In this document: positions 12,288-24,562 of the stretch, piece after piece | Numbering within the stretch: position 1 is the first letter of the stretch | How the letters are laid out: every line of letters starts with the position of its first letter | Source of the DNA: Lingula anatina | Taxonomy: Eukaryota > Animalia > Brachiopoda | Direction of reading: 5' to 3' | NCBI GenBank assembly: GCA_051362555.1 | Contig: CM120645.1 | Span: 14,570,001 to 14,634,000, forward strand | DNA length: 64,000 bases | Made by a program: the position numbers and the translations under genes | The notes under the pieces: generated by a model | What the model saw: only the letters and a program-made list of their open reading frames with translations | What the model was told of the DNA's origin: nothing | The model's database searches: none

Positions 12288-15075
12288 CAATGCACAGTTT
12301 TCGTGAGAAATTAGTATGAATAATGAATTACTGACGGCCACGTCTAATTATTACTTGGAGGGGGTTTATGATTTAAACAAAGATAAAATTCCTATTTTTT
12401 TAAGTTCTGTGTATCACAGACTACTAAAGACTTCATTCATTTAAAAAGAAATTTTGAAATCTTTGAAAGCTGAATGAAAAATGAAAATAAAAACAAGTTT
12501 TTAAACTGAGTTGCAATTAGAGCATGTTTTTCTATAATAAATGGCCAATGAAGCAATTGAACTGTCTCACATTAATCTTTATAAAAAGTTTTTATACAAA
12601 AAAGACCCACAGAAACCTGGTCAATTTCTACTAACAATTGCTTCATTTTAACATTTATTACCTCATTAAAACATAAAAATTATCAGTGAAGGAGTATTTT
12701 TAACACAAGCGCCTGTGGACCCCCTTTTCTACCCTCTTAGCATATGTTTTGCAGTGCCTGATCCAGTAACTACCCAACAACTCCCGCGGGATTAAAATCC
12801 AATTTGGTTTCCACTTCAATAATAAAGTACATGGAAATGCAGAAGGCAAACTAAGCCATCTCTGTAATTGTGGAATATGATGTTGCCACTTGGACACTGA
12901 CCTAACGATCAAATATTTACCACAAGGTAACAGACAATTTAAGATAAACATGAGAGACTTGTTTAAAATAACAGATCGAAATCTGTATCTGAGTGTAGTA
13001 CTTTTTCTATTCTGATATTTCAGTGAAAAATATCAATGATTGTGTGTGGTGAAATACTGATTACAGAGGTGCTTAGTACTTTAGGTCTACAGTATATTTA
13101 CAATTTTCACCTCTCTATGAATGAATATATTCATTTTTTGTAGGTCCAATACTAAATACATCTTTCAAACCACACAAAATTTTATCTTATCTTTTATACA
13201 AAACCAAAAATTTTTCAGTATAAGTAAATGAGTTGTAGAAACAAACAAATATTAATATATCATAAGAAGGTTTGTTCTTTGTTCATTTTACCCCCCTTTT
13301 CTTCTAAGTAGAAATTGATTCTGTTGGAAATGCTTTTCTCTTATAATAAGTTGCTAAGCCTTCAGAGGGTTCTTTTATCAACAGGGCACTACTGGTCTAC
13401 TCCATTAAATTTTGTCAGTTTTAGAGTACACTTGAGTATTATAAATATATAATTATTTGATTCAATGTCTCTTTAAGATAATCATATACTCATGAGTGCA
13501 CTTTTTAAAACACGGCTGAACTATATACCAAACCAAACAAAAGACCACTCAAAGAACACAGACCATAAAGAAAAACATCAATTACTGAATGAGATTACTG
13601 ATATTAGGAATCCCGGATTCAGTCTCTTTCCCTCTGAATCTACCAGAAAGTTTCGTCAAAATTTGTGAAAAACATTTTGAGCCCTCTTATCCACTGTCAA
13701 ACAGACAAAACAACATAAATAAATAAATAAACCCTCCTTCACTGGCATACTAACTGCTGTAATTACAAGTATTCAAAAGGCTGCTCAACCCCCTCATTTC
13801 ATTTTCAAATAAAAATGTGAAAACAATTTCAGTTCAATCTCAATTTTAGCAACTATAAATAATAATTGTTTCTACTGGCTAAATGGTGACACAACTTTTT
13901 CAAAGAAACAGGCACGCAATCTCTTGGACAATTAATGTTGCAAGGAAATACAACAGAGCAATTTCCTGGACTCACTGACATGCTAGAAATATAAAAAAAA
14001 CCTATCAACAGAACATGTGTTTGAGATGTATGTGATGTTACTGTAGGTAAAATAAATCAATAGGATTCTCACATGGGAATTCATGGCTATCATATTACTG
14101 CTCTCGGTACACTGTACCATTTCATTATTTACTCTTCCGATGATTGTGACATTCATTATCAGACCACTGCAGCAGGTAAAAAATGTTTCCTGTTCTGTGT
14201 CTTTAAATAATAAATAATCCTTTTTTGTCTGTTTTTCTTAAATGTTTTGATGTCTGTGATGAATAAATAGATAAATGAATAAACAATTAAAAGGATGAAT
14301 GAATAAAAATAGTAGATCTATAAGTATATGTATAAAAATAACGTTATAGACTATGTAATACACATCATCATGCAAAATGATACGATGATAATAATAATAA
14401 TAATAAAGTATACATATCTGTAGCCTATGGCCACCAGTGCAATGTCCTGACAAATCAATGTATATATGCTTTTTCCATCTTCACTGAACGCTGGCCAAAT
14501 CAATTGATCACACAAAAAGAGACAAAAAGTACGACATTAAAACCATGTCATGGGAATGAATCTATCAAATTCAAACAGCTACCATGCAACAATAGTTTAT
14601 GTAGTTGTATGGGCATTGATCTTATGAGCTACACTTAATGGGTCTTTTATGAAGTGATCCCTAACAAAAGTACAGATATCAATTGCAGGGGAAAAATGAG
14701 TGGTCTTAGCATTGCAGTACTGCAAGTGGAGCATTTTTCAGAATTCTACTTCAAAAAGTTAGGATAATCTATCCTCAATTAATCTAACAAAAGGCATAAA
14801 TATGCTTTGAAACTTCATGAATATCATGAGGATGCAACATGCAGTATTTTGTTAATTGGACATTTTAGTATTTTCAGACTGAACTATATTTATTGTAGAC
14901 AGCCAACTAAAAAGTTTAAAATGTAGCCTTTTTCGTCATATTCTGAGAAGTCGATCCATATGACCAAGTTGTTAATAACATGAATAGGGATATAAAAATA
15001 TGGTTGAAAAAGGAGAAACCCCCTCCCTATATTTCCACCAGTATACTGGCACATTGCACATACAAATATCCCTCT

Positions 15076-15354
15076 CCAATTTGAACACCTTACACAAAAT
15101 TAAACACTTATCCTAGCCCAAATTTCCACATCCAATTTGAACACCTTACACAAAATTAAACACTTATCCTAGTCCAAATTTCCACATCCAATTTGAACAC
15201 CTTACACAAAATTAAACACTTATCCTAGCCCAAATTTCCACATCCAATTTGAACACCTTACACAAAATTAAACACTTATCCTAGCCCAAATTTCCACATC
15301 CAATTTGAACACCTTACACAAAATTAAACACTTATCCTAGCCCTAATTTCCACA
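15076..15354 (+). repeat. 56-bp minisatellite, 5 copies
   Basis: Unit CCAATTTGAACACCTTACACAAAATTAAACACTTATCCTAGCCCAAATTTCCACAT starts at 15076, 15132, 15188, 15244 and 15300. Confidence 0.95.
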
Positions 15355-15710
15355 ATAAAAAATAATGGAATCTACTAAAAGATGTAAAACTTTCATCCTC
15401 TGACTTTGTTCATAATACACTTCCTAGGATATGAAAATAACACAAATTCCATTAATTTGTACAAATTCGAGTTAATTTACAAGTAAATATATATTAAAAC
15501 AAATAACAGGGAATCAAATTAGTATTTTTTTTAACTTTAAAGATCACCTCACAAAGCACATTATCTCATAAACAAGTCACTTCTCAATAGTTAATCAGTT
15601 ACATCACCAACTAGGCAAGTTGTCAAGGTGATCAGTAACTGTCAACCATGCAGGCAAACGGATCAGTTCATTTGCTAGGGAAGATGAACAATAAACAAGA
15701 CTAAGATGAG

Positions 15711-18700
15711 CACTACCAAGATGGCGCCGACCTATGGCGACACTCCTTTGAGAGCAAGCATTATTTTAGTATTTTATCTGTTTTTAACACTGTGTTTGTC
15801 CACTGCACCTGTGTTTTACTCAAGAGAGGATCTCCTAGCTATACGGAATGCCAATCGTGCCTCAAAATCCACTGTAACGGGACTAAACACAGAGCCTTCC
15901 ATACAGCGCATTGTTTCCACTCCGAATGACAGCAGTCATGACACTAAGACAAGAAGGAAAAGGGGTAAAAGAGGAGGTCATCTGGTGAGATCCAGGAAAA
16001 GAAACCAGCGATTAGCAGTACCTAGTATCATCTTGGCTAATGTGCAGCGTTTATTCAACAAGGTTGAAGAACTGAAGTATCGCATTGCTAACTTTAGAGA
16101 CTATACTGACTGTAATGTGTTTTGTTTTACGGAAACTTGGCTGAATGATGATCACACCAACGCTAGCTTAGAACCAGCAGGTTTTACTATGTTTAGAGCA
16201 GATCGGGATAGAGACATAACCGGGAAAAATCAAGGAGGAGGAGTATGTTTTCTTGTAAACGATCGATGGTGCACCGATGCCAGTGTAGTTTTTAACCGAT
16301 GTTCCCCGGACATAGAGTACCTAACCATCAAATGCAGACCATTTTATTTGCCAAGGGAATTCTCTTGTGTTATGCTGACCGGAGTATACACTCACCCCAG
16401 GGCGGACGCGAAGAAAGCAATGGCCACTTTGTCATCTGTCATTAACTCCTACGAAAACTCGCACCCTAATTGCTTATCCACTGTTCTCGGCGACTTCAAC
16501 AAGACCAATTTGAAAACCGTTCTGCCAAATTACCGATCGTATGTCACTTTTCCGACCAGAGGCAAAAATACTCTCGATAACTGCTACTGCCCAGTCAAAG
16601 GAGCGTATAAAGCGATGAGGAGATCGCCTCTGGGGAATTCAGACCACTGCACAATTCTCTTGATTCCAGCATATAAACAAGAATTGAAAAGAGGGAAACC
16701 CGAATCTCATAACGTTAGCATCTACTCACAATCAGCTATAGATAAATTGCAGGGCTGTTTTGAGTGTACGGATTGGTCTGTGTTGAAATGTGACAACAAC
16801 ATAGAGGATTACACCTTGACTGTGACGGAGTACATACGTTTCTGCGAGGAGATTTGTATACCAACTAAGACAGTGACCGGATATCCTAATGACAAGAGAT
16901 GGATGAATAAGAACGTACGCCAACTAATAAAGAAGAAAGACCAGGCATTCTGCGAAAAACAGAATGACCCAGAGACCTATCGCAGAGCTAAACTCCAACT
17001 GAAGAAGGCGATCAAAGAAGCTAAGAAATGCATGAAAAGCAAAATAGAGGAAAGCTTTAACACTAAGAACTCTAGGGAACTGTGGTCAAATATCTCCTTA
17101 ATTACTAACTACAACGGCTCAAAACACTCTGCTGACAAAGGAGACGCGTCACTACCGGACAAACTGAATGACTTTTATGCACGCTTTGACAAAGACAATA
17201 GTTCTTCTACAACGGTTTTACCTCCGACTTCCCAAGCTGACAATACTGAAGCAGTTCCGCTCACCATTCACCCCTGGCAAGTAAAACGGCAATTTATGCG
17301 CCTCAATGTTCGTAAGGCGTCTGGGCCAGATGGAATTTCACCTCGTGTTCTCAAACTCTGTGCTGACCAACTTGCGTACGTCTTTACTGTCATCTACAAC
17401 TGGTCTCTACAAATCCGCAAAGTACCATTGCTCTGGAAGACGGCGTCTATCATCCCGGTACCAAAATCCAACCGAGTTACCAGCTTAAACGATCTTAGAC
17501 CCGTGGCTCTGACTCCGGTGCCCATGAAAATTTTAGAAAAATTAGTTTTAAATTTTATTAAAGAAATTGTGCCAAAAACCTTGGACCCACTGCAATTCGC
17601 TTATCGATCTAACAGAAATGTTGAAGATGCAGTTAATCTGTGCCTACACACTGTACTACAACACTTAGATAACAAAAACTCTTATGCAAGGATTTTATTT
17701 ATTGACTACAGTTCAGCTTTTAACACAATTGTGCCAAAAAAACTATATTTGAAACTTTTAAACCAGCTTAAGCTACCTGTTTTTATTTGTGACTGGATTT
17801 TAGACTTTCTTTTAGATAGAAGACAATCTGTTAAAGTCGGCTCATTTAGCTCAAAAATAACAGTCTTAAATACCGGTGCACCACAGGGATGCGTCCTTTC
17901 ACCTTGTCTTTACTCCCTTTTTACTTACGATTGCACTAGTGTAAGCGATGGGACTTTTCTCGTGAAATTTGCGGACGATACTACGCTGGTGGGGCTAGTC
18001 ACTGATAATGACGAGAGTACATATAGAGAATCTGTTGAGTCGTTGTTAAGCTGGTGCGAGAGTAATGATCTTATCTTGAACGTAGCTAAAACCAAAGAAA
18101 TGATAGTGGATTTTAGAAGGAATCAGAATGTAAAGGTACCACTCACCATTGGTAATGATGAAGTTAGTAGGGTAGAGGAATTTAAACTACTTGGTATACA
18201 CCTTAACAGTAAATTGAATTGGAAAGATAACACCGTAAAGAGTGTAAAGAAGGCACGGCAAAGACTGTATTTTTTAAGATCATTGAGAACTTTTACTGAT
18301 AGTGTGCCTATTTTAGTCAATTTTTATAGGTGTGTAATTGAAAGCATTCTAGCGTACGGAATTATAATATGGTATAGCGGAACAGCTGGGGAGGAAAGGA
18401 AGAAATTAGCAAACGTTGTAAAAACTGCAAGCAGGATTATCGGGCAAGATCTCCCCAAGCTGGATGATATTATTAAGGACAGGATGGAGAAAAGAATTGT
18501 CAACACCATGAAAGACGCTTTCCATCCTGCATCCTCTCTTTTTACTTTTTTACCAAGCAACAGTAGACTTTTAACTTTTAAAGGCAGTAAACGCTTTTTA
18601 AACAGCTTTTATCCAAGTGCAGTGACGTATTTTAATTTGATCTCAAAGCTAAATTCTTAATTTATTTATTTATTGTATTATTTTATTATTTTACTCTGTA

Positions 18701-18774
18701 TATTGCTCCAATGGAAAATGATTTCCGATTTTTATAATTGGCTAAATAAACTCTTATCTTATCTTATCTTATCT
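15711..18774 (+). mobile_element. Full-length non-LTR retrotransposon, Rex1/Babar-like, with 9-bp TSD
   Basis: TAAGATGAG flanks both ends (15702-15710 and 18775-18783). The 5' end contains CAAGATGGCGCCG. The 3' end has AATAAA followed by a (CTTAT)n tail. It carries a single ORF. Confidence 0.9.
15721..18660 (+). CDS. LINE ORF: APE-type endonuclease plus reverse transcriptase
   Basis: Endonuclease motifs FTETWL, GGGV, LGDFN and SDH; RT motifs GPDG, DYSSAFNT, PQGCVLSP and FADD. Uninterrupted ~980 aa. The ORF-track ATG at 15706 lies in the TSD, so 15721 is the likelier start. Confidence 0.93.
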   Translation: MAPTYGDTPLRASIILVFYLFLTLCLSTAPVFYSREDLLAIRNANRASKSTVTGLNTEPSIQRIVSTPNDSSHDTKTRRKRGKRGGHLVRSRKRNQRLAVPSIILANVQRLFNKVEELKYRIANFRDYTDCNVFCFTETWLNDDHTNASLEPAGFTMFRADRDRDITGKNQGGGVCFLVNDRWCTDASVVFNRCSPDIEYLTIKCRPFYLPREFSCVMLTGVYTHPRADAKKAMATLSSVINSYENSHPNCLSTVLGDFNKTNLKTVLPNYRSYVTFPTRGKNTLDNCYCPVKGAYKAMRRSPLGNSDHCTILLIPAYKQELKRGKPESHNVSIYSQSAIDKLQGCFECTDWSVLKCDNNIEDYTLTVTEYIRFCEEICIPTKTVTGYPNDKRWMNKNVRQLIKKKDQAFCEKQNDPETYRRAKLQLKKAIKEAKKCMKSKIEESFNTKNSRELWSNISLITNYNGSKHSADKGDASLPDKLNDFYARFDKDNSSSTTVLPPTSQADNTEAVPLTIHPWQVKRQFMRLNVRKASGPDGISPRVLKLCADQLAYVFTVIYNWSLQIRKVPLLWKTASIIPVPKSNRVTSLNDLRPVALTPVPMKILEKLVLNFIKEIVPKTLDPLQFAYRSNRNVEDAVNLCLHTVLQHLDNKNSYARILFIDYSSAFNTIVPKKLYLKLLNQLKLPVFICDWILDFLLDRRQSVKVGSFSSKITVLNTGAPQGCVLSPCLYSLFTYDCTSVSDGTFLVKFADDTTLVGLVTDNDESTYRESVESLLSWCESNDLILNVAKTKEMIVDFRRNQNVKVPLTIGNDEVSRVEEFKLLGIHLNSKLNWKDNTVKSVKKARQRLYFLRSLRTFTDSVPILVNFYRCVIESILAYGIIIWYSGTAGEERKKLANVVKTASRIIGQDLPKLDDIIKDRMEKRIVNTMKDAFHPASSLFTFLPSNSRLLTFKGSKRFLNSFYPSAVTYFNLISKLNS

Positions 18775-19701
18775 TAAGATGAGTGTTCAGATTCAATTAG
18801 GAAAATCTGAGGCACAGTTTATAAATTATATCAGTAAAAGAGTGTCCTAAATAAAGCCACCTAAACTGTTCACCCAAGCTCCTAAGGTACAGGTACATGT
18901 AGTGTTATTATGTGCGTGTACAATGTACTTGGACACAAAATACACAGTATTTGTACCTGAGATTGTATGGTCATGCAAGTGAGTGAAAAAGTAGTATGAA
19001 TTCATTTGAAAACAGTTACCAAAAGCAAAAAAAAAAAAAGTAAAAAGTCCAAATTTCAAATGTCACCAATGGAAATTCTGCAATATTCACAAAAAAATTT
19101 CCCTTTTTTTTTCAAGGGGGGGGGGGTCTCAGAGCAAAAATAAAATTGTATAACTGTATAATTGTTCTTCCAAATTTCAAAATCTTACTTACTTGATCAC
19201 TCTAACCTGCATGCTTTCATTCACGAAACTGATGAGAAAGTTAAGGCGACTATAAGCTAAATCAATAACGCCTAATTAGTCAAAAGCTAATTACCCTTGC
19301 CAAGTTGCATATTAGCAGTATTTGTAATCGATCTTTAAATACATTTCATTCACTAATTTATTGGTCATCAATATAAATCATGACTGTTAGCGTATCACAT
19401 ATTGCCTGTTCCAATATTTCACACAGTTTTAACTACATTTCACTCCCAGCAATGTAAAGTGTAATTAAAAAACTCAGGCAGTTTAAATAACAGTTCCACA
19501 CTTAGCGTCACTCACTGTAGCCTGTACATGTAACCTGTAACCTGAACGCACTGTCATACATTTGTAATTTAAGTAACTAAATTTTCGAAATTTTATCAGA
19601 ATCTTTGTACTTTAGCCCTTCAGTAGTTCATACACAGCTTTGAAGTTCCTAAAAAATACCCAGGAAACTCGCAGAAAATCACACATACATACATTACCTA
19701 C

Positions 19702-20138
19702 CTATATTGTCACCACCGGTGTAAGTACAGTCAAAACACTCCGCCATGCTTTTGCATGTACACAGCCTCGGTTTGACCTGGTCGTCCAGGAAATTGGGTC
19801 ACATGATCAACAAAATGGCTACGTGACCCAGACAGGTGCGCTGACCAAAAATATTTGCACAGTACAAAAACTGTGGCCTTATCAATGAAACTACGTGGGT
19901 AAAAAGTATGGTCTGCATTAGGATTTTACTTATGCTTGGACGGATTGATAAGTTCTAATAGTGAGAAACAAGACTTATTTTTCACCTAACGTGGTAATTA
20001 TGTTTGTGCAAAATTTCTTACTTCCGGGTTAGACCACAACTCATCGACTTCCTGCACCCCGAACACATAACTCAGTTTCTGTTGCTGCTCTGCTTCTTTG
20101 TCTTCACCAGCAGGACGCCGGGATCTAGACCGCAGTTG
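19702..20138. promoter_or_regulatory. Putative bidirectional promoter with divergent first exons
   Basis: CpG-richer patch with E-box/CRE-like (GTCACATG, TACGTG) and ETS-like (CTTCCGG) motifs. A minus-strand exon ends at donor 19702|gtaggt and a plus-strand exon ends at ~20138|gtatgt. Confidence 0.45.
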
Positions 20139-22400
20139 GTATGTAATGTACTGATTGGTTACGCTACATACAATTAGACGGTGCTGTGGCACTACTGGAT
20201 AATCTGTTAAACTTAATATTTGCATTTGTACAATGATCTAATACGTGTACCACCACTTTAAAGGAAGTTTTGCTTTGAAGAAAGAGCGTGTCCTTGACAA
20301 AGTTTTTTTATATGTACTATTTCGAAAGAATAATTAATATAGAGAGACTGAAGTTAATAGAAGGAAGTATACCTAGGTATACTTGTAAAAGTAGCTGTCA
20401 GGCCTGATTAATTTATTTTCATACTGGGGAATGTTTGAACATCTGTATAAATAATCAGAAAGGGCACCAGGTGTCTAGATCTTACTGGTTTCAATTCATT
20501 ATTTATTACCTATGAAATGCAAGTAAAAGTTGATTTTTAGTATTAGTATTAGTAGTAAAATTAGTCTCAGTTGCATTGTTTATGGGTGGTCAGTTAAATG
20601 GCTTTACTGAATATGAAAATAATATTTTATTTCAGTTTTCTCTGATTATAAATTAAAAACTAAAAAGGTTGTGTGCTTATGTAAATGTATCATGATAAGC
20701 TGATTGCATGTGGATGAGTGCATGATTAGTGTTTTTCAAAATGTTGACTAACCATTGCAAAATGATTATTAGATTTGCCGCAAAAAAGGTTGGTTTTGCA
20801 AAATATGGTTATTCAGTGATGTTCCCAAAATGATTTTTTGATGTGAAATTTTAACTGTACAGAAAGGACAAATTTATTATTTGGAATAATAGTTCATCTA
20901 AAAACAGAAAAACTCAAGTGTTAAGAGATAAATAATTATTTATTAGTAAAACTTGCTGGGTCTGTGAATAATGATTTTAGCTATGGGAGGTAGAGAATAT
21001 GATAGCATACAGGGCTTTAAAACATCATATCTTGATAAGGTACTGGTATGTTTTAAGAGACTGACACCTTGATAGCCTGACTGTTATATAAGAGAGTCAT
21101 ATGAATGGAGTCTCTATGCTCAACAAGGTCAGTTAATTAAAGGTATGCTTCCTGAAATTGAAAATGTCCTGAGGGCAAATATCCCCTTTACTGGTTACAT
21201 ATCCTGCAGAGCTACTTAACTTTTACTATTCAGACCTACAAGATGGTAAAACCCCTAAAAAAGTAGCTTTCCTGCTGAAATGGTGGTTTTAGTGCATGAC
21301 TGGTCAATCATTTAGAACTAGAGTTCTAAATTAGAAGTTGTATAATTCATTAAAGTGGGAGAAAATTGCTTTTTAAATTTTTTTTGAGGAAAATCTCAAT
21401 TTGGAGGGAAAATCCCAGATGGGATGGATTTATCTCATATTTAACTTAACTAGGAAGACAGCTTGAAGGGGAACTTGAGAAAGGAAGTAAAATTACTTTT
21501 AGGATAATTGCATGGTAGAACCACTCAAAGCATACAGGTATGAGTATGACCTATAATTCATCTAATGCATTACTGAAAGGTTTTTGTTTAGTGTAGGAAT
21601 GCATATTGCCTTTCAAACAAGTGATCTTTTTACCTATATAAATGCAGTGGAATTCTGACCATTTTTCGATAGGAGGAGTGAATTACATACATAAACTGTA
21701 CTATATCGGATCCCAAGCTCTCCTGATAAGATATCAGTTCTGTTTGTGTGATGGTGATCAAAAGGACACAAGCCATTTAACTGGTCTTATCTTTGAATTT
21801 TACTCAAAGCTAAACAATTCCCTTTTATATCTGTATAGTAGTAATGACAAACAAGAAATATTACTACAGTAGTACAGTACACTGTACCAACAAAGATATT
21901 AATTAAAAATATTATTGAATTTTTTATCATGATTATGATTATAGTTATTATGATGCTGTTTATTTCTTGTGAAGCACATTCCTTTGTATACATTCCACTT
22001 TACAGTTGTTTGCACCTACATATATTTGCACCTTAGATCTAATATACCCGTTTATTAGATCTTAGTTTGCACTAATTTTATTTACAATTCAATACTTAAA
22101 ATTATACAATCTTACTTTTAAATTAAGTTTAGTCCACTAAACTACAAAAAGGAAGTGGAAAGACATTCACCATGAAAAGAGACTATAAAACTTAATAATC
22201 ACTTTTGGGTCTAATATAGAAAAAACACCATTCCATTAAGTTGCGGCATGAACAGCAAAAAAACCACCTTCATAAATTGAATGCACACCTTCTCTCCATA
22301 AGGTAAGGTAAAAAAATTTTAAACTTTGGATACAATAGTCTGAATGATATCTTGCCCCTTCTGATTTTAGATGTTGAAATGAGAGGAGGCCAAATCAGTG

Positions 22401-24417
22401 ATGGCAGCCAGCAATGATGCTAACCTTCCAGTGCCTCCGCCGAGACTTCCGCCAAAACCGAAGGTCATACGGCGCAAGTCCGAGCTCCAGATGATCCAAT
22501 ATTATTACCCAGACATTAAGGGTTTAGAAGAAGTAGGTCTGATAGTACATATGCAAAAGACTCAATTTTTGTGGCCAAAGAAATTTTTAAACTGAAAATT
22601 TTTGTGATTTATGTTTTATATTAACTAAATATGTCAAGTTTCCAACAAAAAGTAAACACTACATTTGTTGTTTTAGAAAATGACATTGGGAACATACATA
22701 CACTTTTTTTTTGCATTTATTTTAACTGTGCATTGGTGACAATTTCAAGAAAGTATTTTTGTTTTTAATTACCACTGATTTGCTGAGTGACTTATATTTC
22801 AGTTTGATGTCTGTTTAATTGCAAGCTTAGTTTTTTATAATTAAGCTGACATTTCTTTTTATAGGTTAAAGAGGTTCTCTTTGACTATATCCATATCCCA
22901 GGCAGCTTTCTTCTCAGGAACAGTTCAAGGAATGAAGGGGCACTTGTCGTCTCTGTTGTGTGAGTTAAATTTTTCTGTGCTCTTTATTTCTGTTAGGAAA
23001 ATATACATTGTGAAACACATGATGCATAGAATGAATTTTCAAAAAGAAATAATGACTTTTGATGAGAGTTTTTTTTTTTAATTTTATATAAATTTTAAAC
23101 TAATAAAGAATGATAATAAAGATTTAATAGCAATTTTTGGCATGGGATGTCCCTAAAAGAATTTTTTAAAACTTTTCCCATAACGATCAGTGTAAAGTTA
23201 GTCTTTTTTATTAAGTGAAAGTACCTTACTCAAGTTCTCTCTTCAGATAAGTTTTTTTTTTAGTTTTTAAGTCTTCATCAGTTTTCTTTAAGTCTCTCAT
23301 CATCGTTATTAATGGTTTATGTGGGTGATTTTGAAAGTCAATGTGCTCTTGAAAACTTTATAGTGTTCTTTGAAAAACTTTAAATGACATGTAAATCATT
23401 GAGTATTTATTACACATAAGCATTGCTCTGTTTAATAGTATTAGGTAGACCTTTTTAGATAGTGAATTAAAGTGAAATATTTTGATGATTTTCAGACATG
23501 AAGATGGTTCCATAAAACACTTCACCATCAACGAAAACGACTCCCAGTACTTCCTGCAAGACAAGTACTTTAAAACCATCAACGACTTGGTTCAAAATTA
23601 TGCCAAAGAGGACGTCCCAAACTTGGAGAACATCGCAAACGTGCGACTGCTTCATCCCATCATCACTGCTTACAGTACAGCAACACCGCCTTCAACAGAT
23701 CCGTTCTCCGAGTCTTACCCTCCTTCTGGCCGATCGCCTCTGAATTACTCCAAGAGTTTTCCAAGGTCAGCAATGACAAATGGACCAAAGGGGAGGTACT
23801 TTTCAGACTCAGCATATCCAATAGGTGAATCACCCCCACATTCTGCCACCATTGCTACCACTAAAGGTAGGGCAGGAGGGAAAAGTAAAAGTGTCAAGGT
23901 GGGATACTTGGAAAATAGCCGACGTAATGAAGCGGAGACCAAACCAACCTGGTACAGGCGAGGTAGTATGGATGAGCATCAAAGCAACACGAGAGAGACT
24001 GTTAGCAAATCGACTAACTATCGTAGAGGAAGTATTGACGATCGACCCCCAGCACCACCGCCATTACCCCCGGAGGAACCCAAGTATCTAGAAAGTCAGT
24101 CACAGACTTATATCTACAGCAGAGCCTATGACACCGATATAAACCGATTTCAGGATCTGCTCGAAAAACTAAAATTTTCCGACGAGCACCAAAAGTGTGA
24201 CTGTGGTATTTACATCAAGGACTCTTTGTTTCCTGGTGGATGGACCATTCATCGTAGCACGGAAGAGACGACAAAAGGAATGGTGTTCTTTATAAATGAG
24301 GAAAAAACCGTCTCATCTTGGACTTTGCCACAAGAGGTTATTCAGCTGCTGGAGCCATCACACTTTCAGACTCTGAAAAGTTTAGGTTTTAATTTTGCTC
24401 TGTTTAGGGGATCATAA
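22401..24417 (+). CDS. SH2-domain adaptor protein with C-terminal WW-like domain (~382 aa)
   Basis: Exons 22401-22532, 22865-22959 and 23496-24417, phases 0 and 2. SH2 motifs GSFLLRNS, VVSV, IKHF.I and F.TI.DLV..Y. C-terminal LFPGGW.....GMVFFIN....SSW.LP is WW-like. Pro-rich segments are present. Confidence 0.85.
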
Positions 24418-24518
24418 GTTGAGATATGCTGATGCCTAATTTATTTATTTATTTATTTATTTATTTATTTTTTTATTTTTTTGGACAAAAGATACAGGGA
24501 ATATTTTTTTCTTCAGAT

Positions 24519-24520
<2 letters not shown>

Positions 24521-24558
<38 letters not shown>
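24521..24558 (+). repeat. (CT)n microsatellite in the SH2 gene 3' UTR region
   Basis: Direct reading; preceded by an (ATTT)n run. Confidence 0.9.

Positions 24559-24562
<4 letters not shown>

Noticed and set aside
15076-15354. Regular repeats resembling a CRISPR array
   Set aside because: The 56-bp units are head-to-tail with no unique spacers, there are no cas genes, and the context is eukaryotic; it is a minisatellite.
16732-18560. Short antisense or alternate-frame ORFs inside the LINE, and similar ones inside the TPR, GPCR, C1q and lectin genes
   Set aside because: Shadow ORFs of real coding sequence with no independent features.
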